Source: an uncultured Methanosarcinaceae archaeon (lineage in GTDB: Archaea > Halobacteriota > Methanosarcinia > Methanosarcinales > Methanosarcinaceae). From it: 64,000 nucleotides of DNA. The stretch lies in the NCBI GenBank assembly GCA_963722085.1, contig CAVRNH010000006.1, positions 4,675 to 68,674 of the forward strand. The letters are read 5' to 3'. Under the pieces are notes generated by a model. The model was given only the letters and a program-made list of their open reading frames with translations, was not told the origin of the DNA and ran no database searches. Both the position numbers and the translations under genes were made by a program. Positions 31,834 to 41,864 of this stretch are shown here, piece by piece (position 1 is the stretch's first letter; the number at the start of each line of letters is the position of its first letter).

Positions 31834-32339
31834 GAAAAGCAAAAGGAAGAGAAGTAATCTTATTTTTTTAAGAAATTCTTTTTCCCTTTGCAATTTCCCA
31901 TTTCCAAATTAGAGTTTATTTATCTGCTCGCTCGAGACCTGAGTTCCATCGGAGATTGTATCCAAAACATTTATAAAAAACAGCCTCTTTAAAATAGATA
32001 GCCTATTAAATTTACAGCTGAACCGGAAATTAAATCAGTATATCTTAAATTTTGAATACATGCTCAAATTATTAATTGTGGGAACCAGATATGAAGGTAA
32101 TTATCCGACCTTCACGTCACTTCTTTTAGTTCCTGCAACGCTCGGTGTTAGTGGTTCTGAAAAATAAGTACTAATCTTACCCATCTTTTTCTTTATTCTG
32201 TTTTCCTCTTTTCTGAGAGCTTTTAGAATAACTCACTCGTTTTTTCACAAGAGAAACATTTTAATACTGACTCACCATTTATTATTTAGTACGCTATAGT
32301 TTGAAACTATATTTCTAAATTTTTAATGGGGGTTCTAGC

Positions 32340-32945
32340 ATTAAACTTCTTGGATTGGTGGGCAGTCCTAATATTAATGGAAACACCGCAAAGCTTGTGA
32401 ATGCAATTCTCGATGGAGCTGCAGAAAATGGTGCAGATAAAGTGGTTTACAATCTGGCTTCTTTAGACATCAAAGGCTGTGATGCTTGCCGAAAATGTCA
32501 AGAATCCGGTTGCTGTCTTATAAACGATGATATGCAGGAAATTTATGAAGAGATTCAGACTGCTGACCTTATTGTACTCGGATCTCCTGTATACATGTGG
32601 CAGATGACTGCCCAAACTAAACTCTTTATTGATCGCCTAACAGCCTTTTTGAGGCCTAATTTTTCAAGCAGGCTTGATCATAAAAAATTAATTCTTGTCT
32701 TCTCTCAGGGAAGTTCTGATAGGGATGCCTTTAAGCCGTATTTTGAATATACTGCTGGTCTTCTCTATTATATGGGCTTTGATATTCTGGATATGATCAT
32801 TGCAGCAGGCACAGATAAACTCCAGGTTTCCTTCAGGCCTAAATTGCTGGAGAAAGCAAGGGATTTAGGAAAATTAATTTCGGCTTCAAATCTTCCAGGT
32901 CCAGAATGTGTTGAATTCGAGCCAAGCCTGACTCAATCGCTTTAA
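32340..32945 (+). CDS. Iron-sulfur flavoprotein (Isf) family
   Basis: Motifs GSPNINGNT, CDACRKCQESGCC, GSPVY and KLFIDR. The N-terminus extends to an ATT at 32340. Confidence 0.88.
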   Translation: MKLLGLVGSPNINGNTAKLVNAILDGAAENGADKVVYNLASLDIKGCDACRKCQESGCCLINDDMQEIYEEIQTADLIVLGSPVYMWQMTAQTKLFIDRLTAFLRPNFSSRLDHKKLILVFSQGSSDRDAFKPYFEYTAGLLYYMGFDILDMIIAAGTDKLQVSFRPKLLEKARDLGKLISASNLPGPECVEFEPSLTQSL

Positions 32946-32999
32946 ATTCTTAATTGCCTTTTTCTTTTCAGGCTTTTTGCTTTTATCTTCTTTAATTCT

Positions 33000-33122
33000 C
33001 TTATCTATTCTCCTCTTTCTTCCTATTCTGAACTCTATTCTTCCTATTCCAATCTCTCCTTCATTTTAATCTCCTTCCAATTCCGATCTCTCCTTCCTAT
33101 TCCAATCTCATTCTTCCTTTTC
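33000..33122 (+). repeat. Pyrimidine-rich degenerate repeat (TTCCTATTCCAATCTC-like)
   Basis: Visible downstream of the Isf gene. Confidence 0.5.
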
Positions 33123-33258
33123 CTGCAGGTTAAAGTTAGAGTAAGCCGTTTTCTATCGATATAATATATAAAATTCGGATAATAATTTTGAGTCTGAATA
33201 TGATTATTTAATATAATTTATAATTCTTGAAGCATAGATGAAAAGATGGGGGGTAAGA

Positions 33259-34257
33259 TTGCTTAAATTAGGATATAAGATTGCGCCTGAACAGTTTCCT
33301 CCTTCCGAGATGCTGCAACAGGCCATAACTGCTGAAAAAGCAGGTTTTGAAAGTCTTGATGTTAGTGACCATTTCCATCCATGGAGTGAAGATGGGCAGG
33401 CATGCTTTACCTGGAGCTGGCTTGGTGCGGCAGCTGTGAGCACTCAAAGTATCGAACTGGGAACAGGCCTGACATGTCCTATTCTGCGCTATAACCCTGC
33501 TGTCATTGCTCAAGCCGCTGCGACAGTATCTTCACTTGCCGGGGGAAGGACCTATCTCGCCGTTGGAACGGGGGAGGCCTTGAATGAATATTCCATAACC
33601 TTAGAATGGCCAGAATACGATGAGCGGCAGATACGTATGATAGAGGCAATAGAACTAATCCGTGAACTCTGGACCGGGGAGAAGGTCAGTTTTGATGGAT
33701 GTTACTACCAAACAAAAAAGGCCAAATTATACACCCTGCCAAAAAATGACATTCCGATCTATATTTCATCTCTTGTGCCAGAAAGCGCCTACGTTGCCGG
33801 CTATTATGGGGACGGCCTTTTAACTGTAGGAGAGGGAGAAAACGTGGAAAAATCTAAACAGATACTCTCCGAGTTTGAAAAGGGTGCCCGAGATTCAGGA
33901 AAAGATGCGGAGAATTTGCCAAAGGCAGTAGAGCTTTTTGTTGACTACGGGGTTGATCTTGAAGCATCTATTGAGACTTTCATGAAATTCTGGGCAGGAG
34001 CGGTTATTCCTGCGCTTTTTGTGAACAAAATTTACACTCCCGCGATGTCTGCTCAAAATGGAAAGGTTGTAGGTCCTGAAACAGTAAGGAAGCAGGGTTG
34101 CTTTTCCGAAAGTCCGGAAGACCACATCAAATTCATAAAAAAATACATTGATGCAGGTTTCACCCATATTTATGTCCATTCAGCAGCTTCAGACCAAATA
34201 ACTTTCCTCGAAGCTTATGGAAAAGACATTTTACCGCCGTTAAAAGAGATGGGATGA
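33259..34257 (+). CDS. F420-dependent LLM-class oxidoreductase (G6PDH-like family)
   Basis: Motifs EQFPP, SDHFHPW, TCPILRYNPAVIAQA and GTGEALNE. Confidence 0.9.
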   Translation: MLKLGYKIAPEQFPPSEMLQQAITAEKAGFESLDVSDHFHPWSEDGQACFTWSWLGAAAVSTQSIELGTGLTCPILRYNPAVIAQAAATVSSLAGGRTYLAVGTGEALNEYSITLEWPEYDERQIRMIEAIELIRELWTGEKVSFDGCYYQTKKAKLYTLPKNDIPIYISSLVPESAYVAGYYGDGLLTVGEGENVEKSKQILSEFEKGARDSGKDAENLPKAVELFVDYGVDLEASIETFMKFWAGAVIPALFVNKIYTPAMSAQNGKVVGPETVRKQGCFSESPEDHIKFIKKYIDAGFTHIYVHSAASDQITFLEAYGKDILPPLKEMG

Positions 34258-34387
34258 GCTTTCTCTAATTCTTTTCTGGTTTTACAATAGACAGGAGCCT
34301 GATAAACGAAAATTGGGTTCCTATCAACTATAGTTTTAGGCGTAAATATTCACCTTTATTCAAGTTATTTGGAAAAACTTGCAGGAC

Positions 34388-34711
34388 TAGTGCAGGCACC
34401 AGAAAACTTAAGTTTTCAGATATTAAGGGCATAGAGTGACTAACTCAAACTTTATAACCGAGGAAAAAACAGAAAGAGCGGAAAAACAGTCCCAATAATT
34501 AGTCCTCTTGGGCGAAGCGTAGAATAGCGAAAAGGACCCTATGCTCCCGAAGCGAAACTCGGGTAAATTAGTCCTCTTAAGCGAAAACAAAATAACTAAA
34601 ACCAACTTACTTGCCATAACTTAGTCCGCTTGAGTGAGCAAAGCGAGCGAAACGGACAGCGCATCGTCGAGCCGCAACTCGACCAGAGAATATGTTAGCT
34701 TAATGGCACTA
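34388..34711. mobile_element. Composite repeat / MITE-like element
   Basis: Ends TAGTGC...GCACTA and three internal TTAGTCC(T/G)CTT motifs. Contains an inverted copy of the 49-bp unit from 23653. Confidence 0.5.
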
Positions 34712-34814
34712 AAATTTTTAAGATTAAAAAATTATTTGAGCTCATCAAAATTTCTAATCAGAGCTAATTTTTTAAATCGGTTATGATATATACGGCAACA
34801 TGATTATAAAATGC

Positions 34815-34912
34815 ATATAGATTAAGAGTAATAGGGTTTCCTCTTAATCTTTGGGTTGGATCGCAGGTAGGGGCCAGAGAATAGGGCTCTGCCCCTACCA
34901 TTACTTCTTAGC
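34815..34912 (+). ncRNA. Candidate double-hairpin sRNA, copy 1
   Basis: Hairpins AGATTAAGAG/CTCTTAATCT and GGTAGGGG-CAGAG/CTCTG-CCCCTACC, both with AATAGGG loops. A TATA-like box lies upstream. Confidence 0.55.
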
Positions 34913-35272
34913 AGCTGTCCTTAACAAAGGTTAACTGAATTTAAATCACTTTGTAATCAATTTTCATTGATCCTGTATCTTTTTTATAATGTCCTTAATT
35001 TAAATAAAGTTTATGATTTTTAAAATATCTAATTCTAAAAACTCTTTAGATCATCTGGTTTCTGACTAATTACATAGCTTAACTTGCTTAAAGCAGGAGT
35101 TCTCAAACACGATTTATCTGCGAGATAATAATCCTGATTTTACAGATGGTATCAAAATTTTCAAAGGCATTGAAAATTTTTTTGCAAAAGAATTATCCTG
35201 CGTGTTTAAAACTTTGAATTACAAAATATTTTTTTGATCGACTATAATATATATCTTCATGTTATTATAAAT

Positions 35273-35370
35273 GTACAGATTAAGAGTAATAGGGTTTCCT
35301 CTTAATCTTTGGGTTGGATCGCAGGCAGGGCCTGAGAATAGGGACTCAGACTCTGTCACTACTTCTTAAT
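35273..35370 (+). ncRNA. Candidate double-hairpin sRNA, copy 2
   Basis: 49 nt are identical to copy 1. The second hairpin carries a compensatory change (CTGAG/CTCAG). A TATA-like box lies upstream. Confidence 0.55.
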
Positions 35371-35615
35371 TAATTTTCAGAAACACTCACTCTTTTTTAT
35401 AAGGTTCTTAATTTAAATAAACCTTATGATCGTTCCTAAATGTGTAGTTTTATATAATATGTCTTTAGCAGATGCTGAAAATGTGATTTTATCCAGTAAA
35501 ATCAACAGTAATTATAAATTCCGTGATAGTTTTATTCTTATATTACTATATATCTAATCGAACAGATTGTTCGCTCCAAATAAGATCTAAATAATATTCT
35601 TTCATCTACAAAGAT

Positions 35616-36659
35616 ATGAATCTGGTGACAAAAGTGAGTGAATTTACCCTAAAAGAAAGATTTCAAAAAGCAGTAAAAGGAGAGGCTTTAGATATGGTTC
35701 CGGTCTGTTCAGTTACCCAAACAGGTACTCTCGAGCTTATGGAAATGACTGGAGCATACTGGCCTCAGGCTAATTATGAAGCCGAAAAGATGGCCAAGCT
35801 TGCAGTGGCAGGGTATGAAATTGCAGGATTTGAGAATGTTCGCTGTCCTTTTTGCACTACAGTGCTTGCGGAGACACTTGGATGTACAGTAGATGAAGGA
35901 AGTATTGACATACAGCCGTATGTAACTGATTTTCCCTGCAAGAAAATAGAAGATGTCAAGCATATCACAGTTCCGGATTCGCTTCTTGAAAGCAGGAGGA
36001 CATCGGTAGTATTAGATGCAGTTGAGATTATGAAAGGAAAAGTAGGAGAAGACATACCTGTTATTGCTGGACTTGTAGGCCCTGCTGGACTTGCCTCGAT
36101 GCTTGCTGGAATGAGAAACTATCTCATGTGGTTTGTCACAAATCCTGATGCTGATGAGGAACTCATGGGAATTCTTGTCGAGGCCTGCATAGAATATGCC
36201 AATGGCTTACTGGAGAGAGGGGCAGATGCCATAGTTCTTATAGATTCTGAAGCTGGACCTGATCTTATTGCCCCTGAGATGTTTCAAACATCTGTTTCTT
36301 CACTCTACAAGAAGTTCTGCAGGAAAGTCAAAGGCATAAGAATTCTTCACATGTGCGGGGATGCAACTGCAGTTCTTGATCCGCTTTCAGATGTCGGGTT
36401 TGATGGAATAAGCATTGAAGAGAAAGTAAGTGTCAGCTTTGCAAAGGAACTTGTGGGCAATCGTGTACGTCTGATAGGAAACGTTTCTCCTTCCGATACC
36501 CTGCTGACAAAAGGGCCTGAGGCAGTTATGACTGAAGCTACTGCGTGCCTTGAAGATGGAATTGATATTCTAGCTCCAGGATGTGGACTTGCTCCCCAAA
36601 CTCCTCTCAGAAACATAAAAGCGCTCCTCAAGGCAAGAGATGTTTACTTTTTACAGTAA
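35616..36659 (+). CDS. mtaA: Methylcobamide:CoM methyltransferase, MtaA type
   Basis: Motifs VPVCSVTQTG, PFCTTVLAE, the zinc-binding LHMCG and APGCG. Alternative start GTG 35634. Confidence 0.85.
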   Translation: MNLVTKVSEFTLKERFQKAVKGEALDMVPVCSVTQTGTLELMEMTGAYWPQANYEAEKMAKLAVAGYEIAGFENVRCPFCTTVLAETLGCTVDEGSIDIQPYVTDFPCKKIEDVKHITVPDSLLESRRTSVVLDAVEIMKGKVGEDIPVIAGLVGPAGLASMLAGMRNYLMWFVTNPDADEELMGILVEACIEYANGLLERGADAIVLIDSEAGPDLIAPEMFQTSVSSLYKKFCRKVKGIRILHMCGDATAVLDPLSDVGFDGISIEEKVSVSFAKELVGNRVRLIGNVSPSDTLLTKGPEAVMTEATACLEDGIDILAPGCGLAPQTPLRNIKALLKARDVYFLQ

Positions 36660-36664
36660 ATTTC

Positions 36665-37600
36665 CTAGAGATAATCCTGAGAAACTTCTTTAAATTGGGG
36701 CTTTGGGATTTCTTCTGTTATTTGCTCCGAATCTTTGAAGCTAATAAGCAATGCAGAAACTATTATGAAGGCACAACCTGCAAGTGTCTCGTAGGACATT
36801 ACTATTCCCAGCACAGCTAAATCAAGAATTACCCCACTAACGGGCTCTACCAGAGCCAGAAGACAGCCAGTCTGAGCTTTAACATTGGAAAGTCCAATAA
36901 CCGTGAAAATCTCTCCAAGCCCTATTGACACTATCCCAAAAATTGCAAGTATTTTCAGGTTGCTATATAGAATATCAGGGGAAGTATCGAATGCAAAGGG
37001 ACTCAAAATCAAAAAAGCAATTCCCATGGGCCAGAAAATTATTGCAAGTTCAGAGTATTCTTTTTTTAGAATTCTTACATTCATAATCAAGATCGCAAAG
37101 ACCACTCCTGAGAGCAGTCCCGCTGCAACCCCGAAAATATAGGAGCCATTAAATTTTAAGCTTGATAATCCTTCTGCTGGCCTGACAATGAGGAATATAC
37201 CTGTAATTGCAATGACGAGAGCAACTATACTTTCTTTCCCTATTTTCTCATTAAGGAGAAAAGGGGAGGCCAGCATTACATAAATTGGGGCTGTATACTG
37301 GAGCAATATGGCAATAGAGACACAGGTGGTTTTCAGGCAGATAAAGTAAAGCAGCATGCAGGCGACAACAAGTACACCCTGAGCTAGGAGGCTCCCTTTC
37401 TTTTTCTTTAATTTTAGATCAGAGATTTTCCCTCTTACAGCTATATAGATAAAAAGAAAAAGCAGGCCGAAAAATAGTCTATAGAATATTATTGGATAAA
37501 TAGCCATATTATGGATATGGGCAATGAAAAGCCCGTTCATACTATAAAAAATACAGCCAATAATTACTGCCAGATGAGCCTTTTTATTCTCCAGAAACAT
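36665..37600 (-). CDS. EamA/DMT-family transporter
   Basis: About 10 TM helices. Motifs LQYTAPIYV and LVEPV. Confidence 0.88.
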   Translation of the reverse strand: MFLENKKAHLAVIIGCIFYSMNGLFIAHIHNMAIYPIIFYRLFFGLLFLFIYIAVRGKISDLKLKKKKGSLLAQGVLVVACMLLYFICLKTTCVSIAILLQYTAPIYVMLASPFLLNEKIGKESIVALVIAITGIFLIVRPAEGLSSLKFNGSYIFGVAAGLLSGVVFAILIMNVRILKKEYSELAIIFWPMGIAFLILSPFAFDTSPDILYSNLKILAIFGIVSIGLGEIFTVIGLSNVKAQTGCLLALVEPVSGVILDLAVLGIVMSYETLAGCAFIIVSALLISFKDSEQITEEIPKPQFKEVSQDYL

Positions 37601-37691
37601 TCAGAATGGATATACGCATAGTGTTTATATATCTATTGAAATAGCTATTATCAGCTGATACCAAAAAAGAATAATTTTGATAAGGTAAATT

Positions 37692-38447
37692 ATGGTCGAA
37701 GACAGCTCAAAAGTGATTAAGAACAGCTCAAAAGTGGTCAAAAATAACTCAAAAGCGGTTAGAGACCGAATACCCGAAATTATCAGACTTTCAAGTGGTC
37801 AATGTTTGATTGATGAGCTGTCAGACTTCAGTTTTCTTTCTGAACTTGAAAATAAACTCGCGGAGGAGATTAAGGAATATCTTGAGAGTAAAAAACTTGA
37901 AGAGCTTGCTGACTTGCTTGAGATAATCTACAGAATAGCGGAACTCAGAGGTTCTTCAAAAGATGACCTTGAGGTATTGAGGCTGAAGAAAAAAGAGGAA
38001 AAGGGAGGGTTTGAGAAAAACCTGGTTCTGCTTAGCCCGTTTCAAGAAAAATATTATCTTTCAGAACCACGCGCTGCTAATCCGGTGGAATCCAGCCGTA
38101 TAGTTTTCAGACCTGAAACTGCGGAAATGATTGAAAAGCATGGAGTAAGCATGAAAATCTATACCACTAAAGCCGACTGCAAGAACGCCGCTTTACTGTA
38201 TCAGGAAACGGAAATAGGCCATACAGAGGAATTTCTCCATGAAAGAAGTGATTTCATTTACTATATCCTTGAAGGAAGCGGCACCTGGATAATTGAGGAC
38301 AGGGAATTTGAGGTCCGAGCCGGAGATGTAGTCGTCGTGCCTGCAGGGAAAAGATTCTGGTTTAGGGGAAATCTTAAGCAGATCTGTGTAACAGCTCCGG
38401 CCTGGGAAGAACAGTATGAACGTCACATAAGATATCTCGATCTGTGA
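37692..38447 (+). CDS. Fusion of a MazG/HisE-like NTP pyrophosphohydrolase domain and a cupin
   Basis: N-terminal VRDRIPEII, EELADLLE and KGGF. C-terminal HERSDFIYYILEGSG and GDVVVVPAG. Confidence 0.8.
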   Translation: MVEDSSKVIKNSSKVVKNNSKAVRDRIPEIIRLSSGQCLIDELSDFSFLSELENKLAEEIKEYLESKKLEELADLLEIIYRIAELRGSSKDDLEVLRLKKKEEKGGFEKNLVLLSPFQEKYYLSEPRAANPVESSRIVFRPETAEMIEKHGVSMKIYTTKADCKNAALLYQETEIGHTEEFLHERSDFIYYILEGSGTWIIEDREFEVRAGDVVVVPAGKRFWFRGNLKQICVTAPAWEEQYERHIRYLDL

Positions 38448-38483
38448 CTGTACAAAATGTAATTATACATTTATTTTATGCTA

Positions 38484-39344
38484 TTATCCAAGTTCAAAAC
38501 TCGTGACGCCGTAAACTCCGTCAAGCCTTATGTCAGGCTCCTTCTGGCTATACATACGAACTGTTTTGAACATCACTGTCATCTTGTACTTTTCTGCTAT
38601 TTCCATTGCTTTTTTGTTCGGCTCCGGAACATCAAAATATATAGTTTCGCCAGGAACAGAAGCTTTAAGGGCTTGGAATATTTCTTCTGCTGTATTCTGG
38701 TCATCCGCAAAAAGAGGACCTATTTTGTATCCCTTGCGGCATTTCCTTATAACGCCGTAACCTTTTAGTTTTTCAGCTTCAAGCCTGGCAAAGGCATAAG
38801 AATCAGGTTGCTTTATCCACTTTTCAAGAAAGCGTGGCCTTGGAGCAGGAAACATTCTTCGATCGTACTCCAGCAGACTTTCAAATGGGACTGCCGAGAT
38901 ATTTACAAGTCCATCAGGAACTTTCCCTCCACCGATTCCTTCAAAGCGCAGGTTGCTATAGCAGGATTTAAATTTCATAGCTTTCTGGTATTTTTTTTCG
39001 TTTTCTACAACCCCATCAAGTCCAATGTTTCTCTCACCCAAATGCTCCAGACATTTTTCTGTCAGTTTCATTCCTATTCCTGTTTTGCGGAATTCAGGTT
39101 TAACCACATAAAGGCCAAGAAAACCAAAAGAACCATCATATGCGACAGCAGAAGCACAGCCAACGAACTTCCCTGCAAGCTCTGCAATAAAGAAGCCTTC
39201 GGGATCAGCTTCGTAGAAAAGTTCTCCATCATGGATGCCGGGATTCCAACCTTCGGCAGCTGCCATTTCAACTGCGAATTCAACTTCTTCCCGGCGCGTT
39301 TTTCGGATTGTTAGCCCTTCTATTTTTCTAGAATTTTTATCCAT
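38484..39344 (-). CDS. Tandem GNAT acetyltransferase (YitH-like)
   Basis: Motifs EGWNPG, GLYVVKPEFRKTGIG and KIGPLFAD. Confidence 0.88.
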   Translation of the reverse strand: MDKNSRKIEGLTIRKTRREEVEFAVEMAAAEGWNPGIHDGELFYEADPEGFFIAELAGKFVGCASAVAYDGSFGFLGLYVVKPEFRKTGIGMKLTEKCLEHLGERNIGLDGVVENEKKYQKAMKFKSCYSNLRFEGIGGGKVPDGLVNISAVPFESLLEYDRRMFPAPRPRFLEKWIKQPDSYAFARLEAEKLKGYGVIRKCRKGYKIGPLFADDQNTAEEIFQALKASVPGETIYFDVPEPNKKAMEIAEKYKMTVMFKTVRMYSQKEPDIRLDGVYGVTSFELG

Positions 39345-39430
39345 GTGAGAATATATTCTTACTTTCTATTTATTTTTTAAGTATTTCCAAGGTTCTTTAT
39401 CATTTCCAGAAAACTCGGATTAAAGTTGAA

Positions 39431-40561
39431 TCAAAGTTTTCTTTTGTTATTAACCACAACAGTTACTACAAAATATGCCGCTACAATCGAAGCTATAGCA
39501 ATGGATATACTAAGGGGTGTTTTCTCTCCTCCTGCTTCAGCTTCGCCTTTCTTTTCTTCCGCAGATGCCCACGTGTCAGTACTCTCGTCTGTAAACATAA
39601 ATATGTCCATAGTGCCTTTGCGCTTATCCTGCCAGACTATCCTGTTACCGTCTATTGCAGGATTGCTTTCATAATCAGAAGCGAGAGATATAATCTTTTC
39701 TTGTCCTGAAGCTATATCATAGATAAAAATTTTCGTCCCTTTAATCCTTCCATCAGTCCATACTACTTTTCCATCCGAGACAGCAGGGCTTTTCTGAGGG
39801 GATATATTGGTTGTTATAGGTTTTTCCTTTCCTGTGGAGAGATCATAAATGTAAATGTCAAGGTTTCCGCTACGCCGATCTTCCCAGACAATGTAATTAC
39901 CGTCAATAGCAGGATTTGCCTGCTCCTCAAGGTCCGTAACTACAGGACTTTCTTTGCCTGTATTTATGTCGTACATGTAGATATCGGCATTACCGTTTCG
40001 GTTATCTTTCCAAACAACAATGTTTCCCCAGATTGCAGGTTGGGTCTGATCAGCTTTGTCTGCAGTTATTCTTATTTCCTTTTTGGACGGAATATCATAC
40101 ATGTAGATATCCATATTTTGATTCCTGCGATCTGTCCAAACTATTTTATCACCTGATATTGCAGGCTCTGTCTGGGAGACATCGTCAGAGGTAATCTGAA
40201 TATTGCTTTTTGAGTTAAGATCGTATACATAAATATCAGGAGCATCTCTCTTGTCATCAGAGAATGCCACCCGGCTGCCAGAGATTGCGGGTTCGGCCTG
40301 GTTTTGTGGGCCTGAAGAAATGGCAAATGCTGCCTTTTTGGCAGAAACATCATATACGTAAATATCCGAGTTTCCACTCCTCTCATCCTGCCAGACAATA
40401 TAGTTCCCTGAAATAACCGGGACAATCTGGTTTCCAAAAGCCGAGTTAATCTCCTGTTCGCTACCATTCAGCGGTTCGACAGTATCAGATCCTGCGGACG
40501 CGTAAGTTACCATAAACAGAATAGTTAAAATAAACAGAATTGAAAATTTACAATGGCTCAA
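39431..40561 (-). CDS. Membrane-anchored beta-propeller repeat surface protein
   Basis: About 7 repeats of PAISG..IVW.D.R.GN.DIY.YD, with a signal peptide and a C-terminal TM helix. Confidence 0.88.
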   Translation of the reverse strand: MSHCKFSILFILTILFMVTYASAGSDTVEPLNGSEQEINSAFGNQIVPVISGNYIVWQDERSGNSDIYVYDVSAKKAAFAISSGPQNQAEPAISGSRVAFSDDKRDAPDIYVYDLNSKSNIQITSDDVSQTEPAISGDKIVWTDRRNQNMDIYMYDIPSKKEIRITADKADQTQPAIWGNIVVWKDNRNGNADIYMYDINTGKESPVVTDLEEQANPAIDGNYIVWEDRRSGNLDIYIYDLSTGKEKPITTNISPQKSPAVSDGKVVWTDGRIKGTKIFIYDIASGQEKIISLASDYESNPAIDGNRIVWQDKRKGTMDIFMFTDESTDTWASAEEKKGEAEAGGEKTPLSISIAIASIVAAYFVVTVVVNNKRKL

Positions 40562-40835
40562 TCTTCACACTTCCATTTTCCCTCTGGAGTTTAAGTATGG
40601 GTTTTTGAATATAGAGTACTTTTAATTTCAGTAGTTTTTGGAAAGTATTTCCAGTAAATTATGTTTTTAAGAGATGGAAAATTTCAAAGAAATTTCAAAA
40701 AACCTAAACATATGGCCGATTGTTTATAATGAGAATATAAACATCCCTTAAAATCAGAAATTTATTGAAATTCTCTCTAAATAATATATTTACCAACTTT
40801 TAAGCAATTTCCTAAATTCACTTACTCTTTCTTTT

Positions 40836-41864
40836 TGTTTTATCCTGAAATTATTTCGCTTTGAAACTCGCTTCAATTTTTTCATATTTTCACAACCCAA
40901 AAAGTCTCACTCCGATTCTGAATTTCGCTTCAATTGGCAATCTTTTCCAGAAAGCATCTTCAGGTGATTCCAGTTCTTCAAGTTCAAGAGCTCCATGAGG
41001 CCTTCTGTTATACCATTTAACGAACTCATCAAACGTTTCAAACTCGCCTCTAAACCTCTTGTATGTGTGGAACCATTTCTCTACTTTTCCATTCGTTTGT
41101 GGATGCCTTACTGCTGCAAGAATCAGCTTTATTCCTAATGCTTCAACATGTCTTTTGAACTCACTATTCCATGATCCATCTTCATTAATCTTATGTGCAC
41201 CGAATTCGCTGCCGTGATCCAATATGAGTTCCCTAAGAGGACATATGTCCCAGTACTCCCTGACAAGCTCATCAATTACTTCAATCGAGTTTTCCGTATT
41301 GCAATGAACATATTCTCTACCAGCAATAATCATCCTTGATGAGTCATCAAGAATGGCACAGGCTTGCAGCCCTAACAAAGGATTTTCAGTCCAATCGATA
41401 TGGGCTGCAGACATGCTATGTTTACGTTCATATCTGCACCACTTTCTCCTCTTTTTCTTTTTACTTTCTTGACGAGCAAGGTTCATACTGAGTAGATATT
41501 TATGGATTCGATTATGAGATATCTTATGCTTGTATTTGCTTCTTATTATGATCTCAAGGTAACAGGCTCCTAACTTATAGTCTGCATAAGCTTGGTCGAT
41601 TAACTCTTTATCGTCAGATAATAGTGGTTTCCCTGGTCTGCCGACATTATGACCAACTTCTGGAACCTGACCAGTTACAGTGTATTCTTTACAAATCTGT
41701 TGAACACGACGAGCTGAGATCCCTTGGATCTCAGCTATCGTCGAGGTAGATTCTCCTTTAAGCTTTTGAGCAATGATCCAACGAATTTTTTTCCCATTAA
41801 GTTTCACAATTGATGAGGGATTACAACCAACATAGTTAACGCGAAATAATTTCGGGATAAAACA
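40836..41864 (-). mobile_element. Intact IS481-family element, 1029 bp
   Basis: IRs TGTTTTATCCTGAAATTATTTCGC / GCGAAATAATTTCGGGATAAAACA, flanked by the 15-bp direct repeat CTTACTCTTTCTTTT. Confidence 0.92.
40890..41807 (-). CDS. IS481 transposase (HTH + rve integrase core)
   Basis: Motifs HIDW, LDDSSR, DHGSEF and PQTNGKVEK. Confidence 0.92.
   Translation of the reverse strand: MKLNGKKIRWIIAQKLKGESTSTIAEIQGISARRVQQICKEYTVTGQVPEVGHNVGRPGKPLLSDDKELIDQAYADYKLGACYLEIIIRSKYKHKISHNRIHKYLLSMNLARQESKKKKRRKWCRYERKHSMSAAHIDWTENPLLGLQACAILDDSSRMIIAGREYVHCNTENSIEVIDELVREYWDICPLRELILDHGSEFGAHKINEDGSWNSEFKRHVEALGIKLILAAVRHPQTNGKVEKWFHTYKRFRGEFETFDEFVKWYNRRPHGALELEELESPEDAFWKRLPIEAKFRIGVRLFGL

Noticed and set aside
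32091..32129. 12-codon ORF MKVIIRPSRHFF upstream of the Isf gene as a leader peptide
   Set aside because: It is too short, with no attenuator structure or other support visible.
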